This document shows positions 37,705-50,353 of a DNA stretch of 64,000 nt, piece by piece. Both the position numbers and the translations under genes were made by a program. Source of the DNA: Octopus sinensis (lineage: Eukaryota); the NCBI RefSeq assembly GCF_006345805.1, contig NC_043007.1:62558001-62622000 (forward strand). Direction: 5' to 3'. Below the pieces are notes generated by a model. That model was given only the letters and a program-made list of their open reading frames with translations. It was not told the DNA's origin and ran no database searches. The number at the start of each line of letters is the position of its first letter. The stretch's first letter is position 1.

Positions 37705-38739
37705 CATAGACAGACAAATAGATAGACAAATAGATATACAGTTTTTATCTACCAAATTCATTCTCTCTAAGTGGAAGTGAAAATAGCTACACTGGGGACT
37801 GCCACCATGCACAGATGAGTAATCCTTTCAAAAGCTCTGGATTTATTTAAATGCATCAGAGTCCAAGAAAGTCAAGTTTATTACTACTACCACCATCTAT
37901 GATATATTACATTTGACCATGTTTATTACTGATAGACCTGTCAGATATCACACAGATCTCCATACTCCCAATCATACTAATGACCACAAGACCAACCTCT
38001 TTACACGCACCTTGACAAAAATCTTGAACTCTGCATTTAGCAAAGTTATGGACTGGAAATAGTTGACACTATTTACAATCCCTGTCTGCTAACTAAAATG
38101 TTCTGTCAAGATACAATCTGAATGACATAATATGGTTTGTCTAAGTCCACTTTGACACATTTAGGAAATCCACTCAGTATCTAACAGATAGTTGAAGCTT
38201 TGTGGACAAAGCTAGAAGTTTTAGGGAGAAGAGGAACGAATGACAGGATCAGCCCTTGTATATTTTGAGACTTTATTGCCTATTTTGGTGCCCCACTATT
38301 TCTATCAGTCTGTCACCTTGATGTAAATTCTGACATATACAGTGGTGAAAAAGGTCAAACACAGTAGGCTATTGGATTAAATGATTAGTTGTATTTAATT
38401 CTGTCATTTTTTATTCTGAATTTAAATCTAACTAGGATCAACAGCTTTGCCTTTCATCTCTCCAGGATAAATACAATAAGTACCAGTAACAGACTGAGGT
38501 TAAGTAAATGGCTGTCCATAATAAATGTGAGGCTTTGTATCAATGTAATAAATCAATATTAACTAATATTTTATGTAGTAAACTGATAGAGTCATTACCA
38601 TGCTGGGTAAAATGCTTAGCAACATTTCACCTATCTTTACATTATGAGTTCAAATTCCACTGAGGTTGACTTTGCCTTTTATCCTTTTGGTGTTACTAAA
38701 AAAAGTTCTAGTTGAGCACTGGGGTTGATGTAATCAACT

Positions 38740-38924
38740 TAAACCCTTATATACATTATTTAGATTTGATGGATATTTGTCCTTTTCTTGTTTGTTGTTA
38801 ACATAACATTTTGGCTGATATACCCTCCAACCTTCATCAGGTGTCTTGGGGAAATTTTGAACCTGGGTTCTCAATGAGAACCCAGGTTCGAAATTTCCCC
38901 ATGCATTGCTTATACACATAGCAC

Positions 38925-38968
<44 letters not shown>

Positions 38969-39300
38969 CATATACATACGATGGGCTTCTTTCAGTTTCC
39001 ATCTACCAAATCCACTTACAAGGACTGTAGTAGAAGGTATTTTTCCAAGGTACAACATGTGGGGCAGAGCCCAAGACCACATGGTTGGGAAGCAAACTTC
39101 TCACTTACAACTGTGATTTACATTATTTACATTTGACAGATATTTGTTCTCATCTTGTTTGTTGTTAACACAATGTTTTGGCTGATGAAGGTTGGAGGGT
39201 ATATCAGCCAAAATGTTGTGTTAACAACAAACAAGATGAGGACAAATATCCATAAAATTTAAATAATGTACATAATTCCTCATCTCTTAAATACAGAACT
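38740..39300. mobile_element. Rearranged copy of the HHR palindrome family enclosing a SINE fragment
   Basis: Terminal inverted arms about 100 bp; decayed HHR motifs at 38799-38845 (-) and about 39180-39222 (+). Confidence 0.6.
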
Positions 39301-39619
39301 TAACCCACCCACTGAAATTGCTGGTCTTGAGCCAAAATTTTAAATTAGTATTAGTGAATATAGACTAAAGTATGTTGAAACTGCACTAGACTTAATGCTA
39401 GCTTTATCCCTGAAAATTCTGAGTTCAAATCCTATTAAAATTGGCATGACTGTTTAATCCTCTAAGGACAAGAAAGAAAGAACCAGTAACATGGAAGATT
39501 GACAGAATCAATAAAAAGCCCCAACCCTTTACATTCTGAGTTCAAATTTTGCCAAGATCAACTTCACCTTTTATCCTTCCACAGTTGATAAAATAAAGTA
39601 ATCAACTGATACTGGTGTG

Positions 39620-40030
39620 TTCCAAGTTTCATTGATTGACTTAAAGAGATCATTGTCATTCATGGCCGGGATCTCACCAACAAATTCGGTTCTTTTCTTA
39701 TCAGAACGATCAGGGTGAGTTTTCCGAGCTGCCATACCTTTGTAATCACCATTAGACTCATCCAACTCTTTCTAAATACTCTGCACTATCCTCAGATTGA
39801 CACCCAAACACCCTGAAATATTCATATTGGCATTTCCAGCATGAATGCCAAGCAGTACAGCATGCTGTTTCCAAATTTCAGGCAGAGTGAATTGTGTCAT
39901 GGTGCTGTTTTTCTCACAGATGGTGCCCAACTGACCCTACTATACTGTGTAGTCAACAAAATCAAAAACAATGTGCATGACTAAAGTTAAAAATATAAAA
40001 TGGCAACAATTTACCCATCACACCCTGTGT
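39620..40030 (-). mobile_element. 5' fragment of the same maT-like transposon
   Basis: TIR CAGGGTGTGATGGGTAAATTG near 40008-40028; N-terminal remnant DESNGDYKGMAARKTHPDRSDKKRTEFVGEI. Confidence 0.7.
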
Positions 40031-40802
40031 ATATAATTATATATAATTATGTATTTGTGTATATATAATTACACAAATGGGCTGAGGTTCACTACAGCTG
40101 TTTCAGATGCATTTTTTATTGACAAACAAATCAATTACGCCATGAAAAAATCGATTACCTCAGGTGAATTAAAATTTAAATTTAAAATTTAACATTTAAG
40201 ATTTTGCATATAAAGAATGTAGAATGTATTTTGACGCCCTTCATCACCGAGATTAGTATGTTGTTCTCAACCCTACTGTGGTCACATTATTAAAATACTT
40301 TGATTCTATCAATAATACACACACACAGGTGTGTGTACATGCGTGTTTATGTTTTCACTGATGTTGACATCTGTGCATTGATTGAAAACAAAGTTTCCCA
40401 CCATACAAATGAATGCCACTTGTTTATGACCTTACTTGGAAAAAAGTTGTGGAATGACAACATGAAAAGCATCTAGCCATAGAAAATGTGTCTCAACAAG
40501 TGTCATCTGACTCATGTAAGCATGGAAAAGCAGACATTAAAACAGTAATAATAATGATAAGGATACACACACACAGATGATGATAATGAATATATATATA
40601 TATAATTACATAATCATATACAGTGATTATGCCTTTGTACTTTCAGAATACTTCATGCATTGGAGGATGCCTTAAAAAAAATCTATTTATGGAAACATTG
40701 CAATTTTGGTATGTGGGTGATGCTTGTGCGGCATTACAAGTAATAACAGGAAAAAAAAAAAGAAAACCCACATATCAAGCAGAGGTCAGCAACGCCTATG
40801 CA

Positions 40803-41350
40803 AAGTTTTTCATTTACATTTGCGAAGAAAAAAAGATACCCTTCCCCCACCCCTAACCCTAACTCTAAACCAAACCCTAAAACAGTTTGAAATGCAATAG
40901 ATCGATACTATGGTTATAATTATGGGTGATATTTTCCTTTGACACAGCTAGAAAAAAATCCCATTTTCCGTAGCAGTGTCGTATGAAATTGTCACCCATA
41001 ATTATAACCCTAGTATCAATCTATTGCATTTCAATCTATTTTAGGGTTAGGGGTGGGGGAAGGGTATCTTTTTTTCTTCGCAAATGTAAATAAACCCAAT
41101 CTGTTTCTTAAACGAGGGACATATTCATACAGCACGGAATGTTTTCACCCCAAATGGCGGTCAGCGATTGGTTAAAATTGCTGAAATGCTCAAAATTAAA
41201 GTCGAAATATGTTACAACATATAGAATTTTCTCAATAAAGCCAAGAAAAAATGATGTTTTATAAACACATTCTACCAGTATACAAAGTTTAAAAGTGTTT
41301 TAGTTAACTACAAATTGTGTTGAAAACTGCCGTTCAAAAGGAAAAGATCC
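40803..41350. mobile_element. Related foldback element, left arm truncated
   Basis: Right end CTGCCGTTCAAAAGGAAAAGATCC shared with 22527-23286; arms at about 40805-40935 and 40990-41095. Confidence 0.7.
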
Positions 41351-41548
41351 AAATCTTTAAACTTAATACATATGACTTAGTGTTTATAATAAATTTATCT
41401 CGATAAGATATTTCGTGGTTTTGTTTCAAGATATATTGTTGAATTTTGTTCGATTTTTTATTGTAAAATCACGTATTTTTATATATATTTATATTTTCTT
41501 ATAAGATAATATACGTACATTTATTTAATTATTTTATTGTTTTTATCT

Positions 41549-41632
41549 TTGACCTGATGAGTGACTATATCTAAATTGAATTGATTTTATTGCTATCAAT
41601 TTGAAAATATAGCACGAAACACGTGTAGTCTA
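41549..41632 (+). ncRNA. Type I hammerhead ribozyme motif, canonical core
   Basis: UUGAC-CUGAUGA-GUGACUAUAU..AUAUAGCAC-GAAA-CACGUG-UA^GUCUA; helix III is the palindrome ACACGUGU. Confidence 0.8.
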
Positions 41633-41993
41633 TTTACTAATTACATACTATTTATTTATCATTTTGTATTTTATTTAGTTCTAGGAAAATGTTTTATCGT
41701 ATCTTTAATTTTGTTCTATATTGTATGATTTAAGTATATCATTGTTCAATTGCTACATGGTGGTTCTTCTCTAATTTATATATCATCATCATCATCATCA
41801 TCATTTAGCGTCCGTTTTCCATGCTAGCATGGGTTGGACGGTTCAACTGGGGTCTGGGGAGCCCGAAGGCTGCACCAGGCCAGTCAGATCTGGTAGTGTT
41901 TCTACAGCTGGATGCCCTTCCTAACGCCAACCACTCCGAGAGTGTAGTGGGTGATTTTATGTGCCACCGACACAGGTGCCAGACGGTATATAT

Positions 41994-42042
<49 letters not shown>

Positions 42043-42309
42043 CATATATTTATATACATACATATATACATATATATAATACATATATATCTATATAATA
42101 CATACATATATACACATACATATATATTTATCACGCGATCACGTGACCGACCAGGCTTTCAGATGTTGCAACACATCGCTGGTCACAATGCGCTTCGCAC
42201 TGTTTTAGCCATCAAGTGATGCCACCACGCTGGCTAAGCGAGCAGGCTAACAGAATAAAGAGTGAGAGAAAGTTGTGGCGAAAGAGCACAGCAGGAATCG
42301 CCACCCCCA

Positions 42310-42428
42310 CCCCTACATATATATACCAAAAGTATATAAATATATGCATATATACATACATATATATATTTTTGGTATATACATATATATATATATATAT
42401 ACTTACTTTTATATACATACATATATAT

Positions 42429-42473
<45 letters not shown>

Positions 42474-42502
42474 TTACTTTTATATACATACATATATATT
42501 GC

Positions 42503-42533
<31 letters not shown>

Positions 42534-42574
42534 TATATATATACACACATATATATATACACACATATATATAT

Positions 42575-42617
<43 letters not shown>

Positions 42618-42680
42618 TATATATACACACGTCATTGTAGCTTTATTAATAAAGTATATATATATATATATATTATAGAC
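42310..42680. repeat. Compound (TA)n/(TACA)n microsatellite with a short internal duplication
   Basis: Directly visible; source of several spurious Ile/Tyr ORFs. Confidence 0.95.
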
Positions 42681-43105
42681 TATATAATATCGCAATTGTT
42701 GTGTCAAAATGACGTTGATATTGACTATATATCCTATATGCATTATTTACTGGGGGGTGTATAAATTGTATTTAAATTATGTAAATATTGTAATGGCAGG
42801 GAATGACTATCATACAACTTCATTTTGATCAAATAGATCTACAACTTAATAAACAAATGCTTAATGAAGTGTTGTATGATGTGTAGTTGAGTGTTAGTGG
42901 GTGTGGTGACAGATAAATATGTAAACAAAGCAACGTAATCACTGAAGATGGTGCTTTCAAGCATAAAAACACCAAACAAATACCCATTGATAGAAGAGTG
43001 TCACAGCCCAGCGGAAGATGATATTACATACACGACAATCACCAAAACAATCCACAATAACAATATGTTCTCTTGATGAAGGAAAAAAAGAACACGACCC
43101 CTTAC

Positions 43106-43750
43106 CTTCAAGTATTGGTTTTAGCCAGTGCTTTTTATCGCAACTTATTGCAGATAAGATTGCCGTTGTTGGATTGACATTAACGAAGAACTACCCATGA
43201 ACTTCCTGTCATCTTGTATATTGAGCGACGTGGACAGCAACCCAGGCCTTGCAGACGTAAACAACAAAAACAGTGACGTAGACAACAATGTGTGTTTCGT
43301 GAACCACGAGACAGCAACGTTTTCGCAAACTTCGTGACTAAGTTATTAAAACTTATTTCATTTCATTCAGAATTTTACGCTTCACATTAACCACCGCAGG
43401 TTGCACCCAAGATCATAATAGGTGTTGCGAAAAATTCCTTGGTTACTATTCAATCTTGAATAAATTTATTCAGAGAGGTAATATTTATCACCACTTAAAT
43501 ATGGATATGTTATTAAAACAAACTGTACTGCGGTAGATACCATGAGAGAAACTGTCTTCTACTGCAGCACAATTTGTTCTAACAGAACATCTACGTTGAA
43601 GTGGCAATAAATATTACCTGTCGGTATTAATATAATTAGTATATTCAATATACGGGCACATAAAAATAAAATAAAATTTCACTGTGACGTATCCTTGACA
43701 CTAAGAACTGCGCTTAGTCATGCAATGACAGATCACGGTAATACTAAGAC
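43106..43750 (-). promoter_or_regulatory. Candidate GOLGA5 promoter and non-coding first exon
   Basis: Non-repetitive, locally CpG-enriched stretch; minus-strand donor AAG|GTAAGG at 43106/43105; TGACGT half-sites at 43274 and 43685. Coding exon 1 starts with an acceptor, so an upstream exon is required. Confidence 0.5.
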
Positions 43751-44242
43751 TTCTAAAACAACAACAATGGTGAAGTACAGTCACATCAAATGTAATATTT
43801 GTGTCATCTCTTTGATATCCCAAAAGATTTTGAGGGCAAAACAGAAATGACACAAAACTGACAGTACAAAGTAGTTCATTTTACACTAAGGAAGGCACAG
43901 GTGTGCCTGTGTGGTAAGAAGTTTACTCGGCAACCATAAAGTCCATCTGATGTGTATCATCACCATCATCATTCAACGTCCGCCTCCCATGCTGGCATGG
44001 GTCGGACGGTCTGACGAGTGTCAGCAAGCCAGAGAACTGCATCAGGTTCCAGTCTGATTCTGCTTGGTTTCTATGACTGAATGCTCTTTCTAACGCCAAC
44101 CACTTTACAACGTGTGTTGGGTGCTTTTTAACGTGATGCTGGCACAGGACTATCGCAGGCCAATCCTCTTTATCATGGGGAGCAGCCTTAGCACTTTTGA
44201 AGTTTTCTTCAGTACAACAAGGCACCACACACACACATATGC

Positions 44243-45080
44243 ACAGGGGGCGATGGATGAATTTCCCCCATTTTATACTTTCAATTTTGCGCATGCGCAT
44301 TATTTGTTTTTGATTTTATCGACGATACAATATCGTAGGGTCAGTGACACAATTTACTCTGCCAGAAATTTGGAAACGACATGCTGTAGTGCTTGACATT
44401 TAAGTCAGAAGCGTCAGTACGAACATTTCAGAGTGTTTGGGTGTCAATCTGAGGACATGTACCGAGAGTGATAAAAATCAAACATCCAGTCAACATCATG
44501 GTGTTTAGAGTAATCGCATGTGATGGTGACGTTATGCCGCCATTCATCTTTCCACACAACCTCAGACTCAACACGGAGATCTACATAAAGTGCCTGTTGG
44601 AGGAAGTGTTGCACTGGGTCAAAAGGGTGGCTGCTGGAAGACCTTATGTCTGGCAACAGGACTCTGTACCATTCCACACAAACAGGAGAACCCAGTCATG
44701 GCTGTCAGACAATTTCTGCAACTATGTCACCCCTAACATCTAGCCACCTAACTCCCCAGATTGCAACCCTCTTGATTATTATGTATGGGGCACAGTTGAA
44801 TGAGAGACCAACAAAACTCCTAACATCAGAGGTGAATGGAAAGCAAAGATTATGGCAACATTCACCAAGTTAAATGAGGAGACCATCCAGAAAAGTTGCG
44901 GAAGATTCCAAAGTCATCTGGTTGGTTAGATTGAAGCCAATGGTGATTTTATTCAATACATTTCCTCTGTAGTATTTCAAGATATTTTTATGTAATTTTG
45001 GTAAATATATCTGCTAAAACGAGACGTCAGTGCTATTTTCATTTTTGCGTAATTTAGACAACAGTTTATTCACTACACAC
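44243..45080 (+). mobile_element. Internally deleted Tc1/mariner (maT/DD37D-like) element
   Basis: CAGGGG-type left TIR; KHPVNIMVF..YVWQQDS..PPNSPDCNPLDYYVWG catalytic remnant; 5' part homologous to 39620-40030. Confidence 0.75.
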
Positions 45081-45891
45081 TATATATAGATATTTTACTT
45101 GTTTCAGTCATTTGACTGTGCCATGCTGTAGCACCACCTTTAGTCGAACAAATCAATCCCAGGACTTATTCTTTGTAAGCCTAGTACTTATTTTATTGGT
45201 CTCTTTTGCTGAACCACTAAGTTACTGAGACATAAACACATCAACATCTATATATATATATATATATATGGCTCCCGTTGAGAAACCCTGTTCTAAATAA
45301 AGAAATCTCACACGCACACACACATACACACGTACAAACACACACAAACTCACATACACACCGACAGATATACATACACAATATACACCTATCCGCGCAC
45401 GCACACATACACATAAACACATACAAACGCACACATACACGTACATACATACACACTCACACAAATGAACCCACACGCACACATACACTAGGTTAAGCAC
45501 AGTTACTCACCACACACCCAAACTCTACGCATACACACACACACTACAAACAACACACACACATGATACATATACTTACACGCACACGCATATACCCCTT
45601 TGTTTTTTGACCTGGCTGAATACAAAGGAGTGCTACTCCTTTATGACAGCTAGCTTGCCATGCCAATAATTCACCATACATACACACACACACGCACTTG
45701 TCATCCTTGCACACACACACACACACACACGCACCCACACACATTCCTTGTCTTTGAAACTCTCTTGTTTTTAAAAATCATGATTCGTCTACCTGTCAGC
45801 TTCTGTTCTTTCAACATGTGATCTCTTGAGCACCACCAGCAAAAATATTTTTTTCTTCTGTCTTCCCTTCTCGGGATCTTTCCTTCTCCTT

Positions 45892-45926
45892 GTTTCCGAC
45901 GAAGAGCTCCGCTCGAAACGTTAAAC
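45892..45926 (+). ncRNA. Minimal Penelope-type hammerhead motif with U4C variant
   Basis: GUUU-CCGACGA-A-GAGC-UCC-GCUC-GAAA-CGUU^AAAC. Confidence 0.55.
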
Positions 45927-48625
45927 CCTCCTTCCCTTCTTTCCTGAGCGTCAAATAATACTTTAATTGTTCCACGTCCTCGCGTTGCTGTGTTTTTTTG
46001 GGTTTTTTTCTGTGTTTTCTTGTTTGGATTAACTATATATATATATATATATATATATACATGTCCTGTACCCATATATGCACAAATACATACATATATA
46101 TATATATATATTCAATGGGATTCTTTCAGTTTCCATCTACCAAATCCACTCAGAAGGTTTTGGTTAGCCCAAGGCTATATTAGAAGACATTTGCCCAAGG
46201 TGCCATGGAGTTGGACTGAACCTGGAACATGTGGTTGGGAAGCAATCTTCTTACCACACAGCCACTCCTGCACCTAAAACTGCAAAAACATCACAACTGC
46301 CCAATGAATGGGAACATGGAACTCTGAGTAGCAGGATTTTGGTGATATTTTTGCAGCTTTAATAAAAAAGCACATTACACTACCCTCGGTGTTGAATTGC
46401 TAAATTTTTTCACCTTGTTTTGCATTTATGTGCTTACTCATGATATGTATATATATATGTCAATTACATTAATTTATAAATATATAATATAATTATATTA
46501 AAGGGTGTGGATAGATCCTACAAACACACTAGAAATAGATGCCAAATGGCTCTAGAAACCATGTCTATACACCTTTAGTACATATTGTAAGCGGGCAGAT
46601 GAAAAAAAAATGAATAAGACTTTTTGGAAAAGGTGGTTAATAGTAGATTGATTTCTGGCCTTGCTATCTTCAGTAGAATATGTCAAAATATATAGATGCA
46701 AATATTTATACATACCCGTACGAACAATATTTTTGCCTGACTGTACACATACAATATTCATTTCCATAAATTTATTGTCTCAAAAAGTTATATGTGACAC
46801 ACATGCAACTGAATTAATTATATTGATTTCAAATTTTGGCACAAGGCCAAGAATTTTGGGGCAGGGGGTAAGTCAATTACATCAACCCCAGTACTCAACT
46901 GGTACTTATTTTATTGACCCCAAAAAGATGAAAGGCAAATTCAACCTTGGCAGAATTTAAACTCAGAATGTAGTCAAACAAAATGCTGCTAAGCATTTTG
47001 TCCAGTGTACTATTGACTCTGCCAGCTCACTGCCTTCATAAGTGAATTAATTATATTGAAAAACATGCTTTATAGCAGGTGTGTTATTTAACATTTTATG
47101 ATGAATAAGATAGCAAAAATGTGTTATTACTGTTATATGATGCATGTACATTGTTATTATAAACAGAATGAGGCAGGTAATTGTATAGAAAGATATTTGC
47201 ATGTACATAGATATGTATTTATGTGTATCAGTATTACAGCACAAGGTTTATTACTCTTTGTCAAGCATGGTGTACAAAGTATGTTATACAAAAACAAGAA
47301 AAAAGTCAAAAACAACAGAATTCCTTGTAGAGTCTAAGGTGGCTTTATCTGAGGCTTCAATACTCGGATAACCCTAGGTGAAGCTTCTAGAACATTTTGA
47401 AATACAATTTGATGGGAATTTACACAACTTTTCTGTAATGTCTACTACCCCTACTTGTTTACATGCCAGCCAATACTGATTCATCAACAAACATTTATAT
47501 TGACAGTCATATCTTTCATAGTAATATAATTGAGTTTATGGAGTTGGTCATGCCTTTTATGGAAAGATAATTAGGCCATGGTCCTATGCTGGGAATCTGA
47601 GTGAGGTGGCTGTAATCTGGCTGAAGTATTGTAACAATATTTTTGCTAATCTTAACTTTATCAACAGTTCACTCATTGTGACAAGATAAAATAGATTACT
47701 GTTTTATTGTTCCTTTAATATCATTGCTTATAAAGATTAAAAGAATTATTAATAAATCATCTTTATTTTTCCAAGCTGAGATTGCAGAAATGGTAGAGTG
47801 TTTGAACCAAAGCCTTGCATTAAACCGGTATCAATACAGTGAATAACAGTGATAAACTGAATTCACTTGTTTATACTACTATTTCTTTCAATACCTTACA
47901 AATGGTTTATTTTGCCTGATACTGTAGAATACATGGGTGAAACCTGGCAGTTTGCTGTGTTTATAAATAGTTTGTAAAATATGAAATAAATATTGCTGTG
48001 TGAAATATTTTCAGAAATGAAGCTTGCTCTGTTCAGATCAAAGCCATTTAGGTTTTCCAAAACTGCTCTGGCTACTTCATTGCCTGACCTTGAATTCATC
48101 TTTTTTATATGAATCTGTTGTAAAACAAGTTTCTTATATTTTTGATAATTTAAATACAAACACTTAACTATTATTTTACATCTGGATGACCTCTGAGTAA
48201 TTAATGCCAGTGATTTAATTTTTAAAATATACATATGGACAATATTGTACATTTTCACTACTTTGACAAGAATGGTGAAGTTTATGCTTCACTTAAGAGA
48301 ACTAATAAAACTGAAATATATTCAGAATTGACTGCTGCATATTTGCTGAAATGATTAAAATAATATTAGTCATTGAACCAATGTTGTTTTTTCTTCATTA
48401 TTCTTTTATTCTCTTACTCGTTTCAGTCATTTTGATTGTGGCCATGATGGACCACCACATTGAAGGCTTTTACTTGAAAAATCGACCACAGAACTTATTT
48501 TTAAGTGTAATACTTATTCTATTGATCCCTTTTGCTGAACTGCTAGATTAGGGCAACATAAACACATCACCGCTTGTCAAGTGGTGATGGAGGGACAAAC
48601 ACAGACACACACATCGATATATATA

Positions 48626-48857
48626 TTTCTTTACTACCCACAAGGGGCTAAACATAGAGGGGACAAACAAGGACAGACAAAGAGATGAAGTCGATTACAT
48701 CGACCCCAGTGCGTAACTGGTACTTATTTAATCGACCCTGAAAGGATGAAAGGCAAAGTCAACCTTGGTGGCATTTGAACACAGAACGTAACGGCAGACG
48801 AAATACGGCTACGCATTTCGCCCGGCGAGCTAACGTTTCTGCCATCTCGCCGCCTTT
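48626..48857 (-). mobile_element. Young SINE of the same subfamily nested in an older SINE
   Basis: Flanked by the duplicated cacacatcgatatatata; same 3' tail as 49401-49621. Confidence 0.8.
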
Positions 48858-49400
48858 GACACACATCGATATATATACTTGTGTATACATGTGTGTGTGT
48901 ATGTATATATGACGGGCTTCTTTCAGTTCCATCTACCAAATCCACTCTCAAGGCTTTGGTCGACCCGAGGCTATAATGCTGGTTTGTTTACTTTCTAGTG
49001 AGTTTGTTATTTGGCCAACGAGACTAACAAAATGAGTATTGTCAATTTCAAGACGGCCACCATCCAATGACTGAAACAAGTAAAAGACAAGAGATCCAAT
49101 AGAGGAAGATTTATCTCATTCGATAAATGCCATTAAGTTAGTGTTTAGCACTGGTTCTTAATAATCCCTCATATTTAAACTTTCTTTTTTTCAATTTAAT
49201 GTCTATGGGAGGAAATGAATTTTCTTGTATTAGTTTTTTCCTGTACTCTGATCAATTTTAGCACTCTTGTTCTTTCCATCTATGAGCTGTATCTCCATAT
49301 GTTACCTAGTTTAAAATGGATAAAATGGGTTTTTGAGAGATATGAGTATGTTATAATGACACCACAGAGCTGCTGACAGGATAGGAACAGTAGCCTACCT

Positions 49401-49621
49401 ATTTCTTTACTACCCACAAGGGGCTAAACACAGAGAGGACAAACAAACGGATTGAATCGATAATATCGACTCCAGTGCGTAACTGGTACTTATATAATCG
49501 ACCCCGTAAGGATGAAAGGCAAAGTCAACCTCGGCGGAATTTGAACTCAGAAGGTAGCGGCAGACGAAATACGGCTACGCATTTCGCCCGGTGTGCTAAC
49601 GATTCTTCCAGCTCGCCGCCT
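49401..49621 (-). mobile_element. Young tRNA-derived SINE (Meta-domain-like) with perfect 20-bp TSD
   Basis: ATAGGAACAGTAGCCTACCT at 49381-49400 and 49622-49641; CpGs retained. Confidence 0.85.
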
Positions 49622-49898
49622 ATAGGAACAGTAGCCTACCTTTGGCATGTAGGCTGGCATTCTACAGATTCAGCCAGCTGTAACTCTCATACTAAGAGAC
49701 ACAGATATTGAATGGAATGACAGTAACTGATACATATCTGTTGTAATTGCCCTAGATATTTCTTTTGTAGTCTGCTTATAAACAGACTTCCTGAATCTTC
49801 ATTTCTATGCTTTTGATTAAGTAGATTTCTCCTAGTTTCTATAAGGTGTTGCATTACAACACAATTAACTGATCTCCCTATTATAGGGACTACTTTAA

Positions 49899-50353
49899 GG
49901 GCGATGTTTCGCTTGTCGTAGCACAAGTTTCCGTCGATTTCCGTAAAAAACTTTTATTTTTTTACATAAGTAATGAGAGCGAAAGAGACTAAGAGAAAGC
50001 GATTGTATGACGAGGGAAGTTCTTTTGAAGTTACCGTGCATGGCAAGCATTGATGTACATGTGTGTGTGTGTGTGTGTGTTTGATGGGGTGTGGGAGACA
50101 GACAGTATGTTGTGTAAGTGAAGTGCTTCTGTTAGTGTGTGCGAAGACACAGAGAGAGTAATGTGTGAAAGAGAGAGATAACTGAAATTTTTTACTCGGT
50201 GTATGTGTATATGTATGTCTGCATGTATGTGTGTGTGTATGTATCTATGTATGTGTGTGTGTATGTATGTGTGTATGTATGTATGTATGGCCGATTCAGT
50301 GTTTACATTTTTTACGGAAATCGACGGAAACTTTGATGTTAAACATCGCCACT
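49899..50353. mobile_element. TTAA-flanked MITE (Kolobok-like); relative of 23424-23819
   Basis: TIR GGCGATGTTT / AAACATCGCC, TTAA on both sides; interior is the reverse complement of 23530-23730. Confidence 0.7.

Noticed and set aside
42935-42985. CUGAAGA-U-GGUG..CACC hairpin
   Set aside because: No GAAA core after helix II and no helix I partner; at best a dead relic.
47896-48258. 120-aa minus-strand ORF and nearby unique sequence at 47.3-48.35 kb
   Set aside because: No recognisable motif or consistent exon chain; a 60-nt open candidate exon near 47897-47956 is unsupported.
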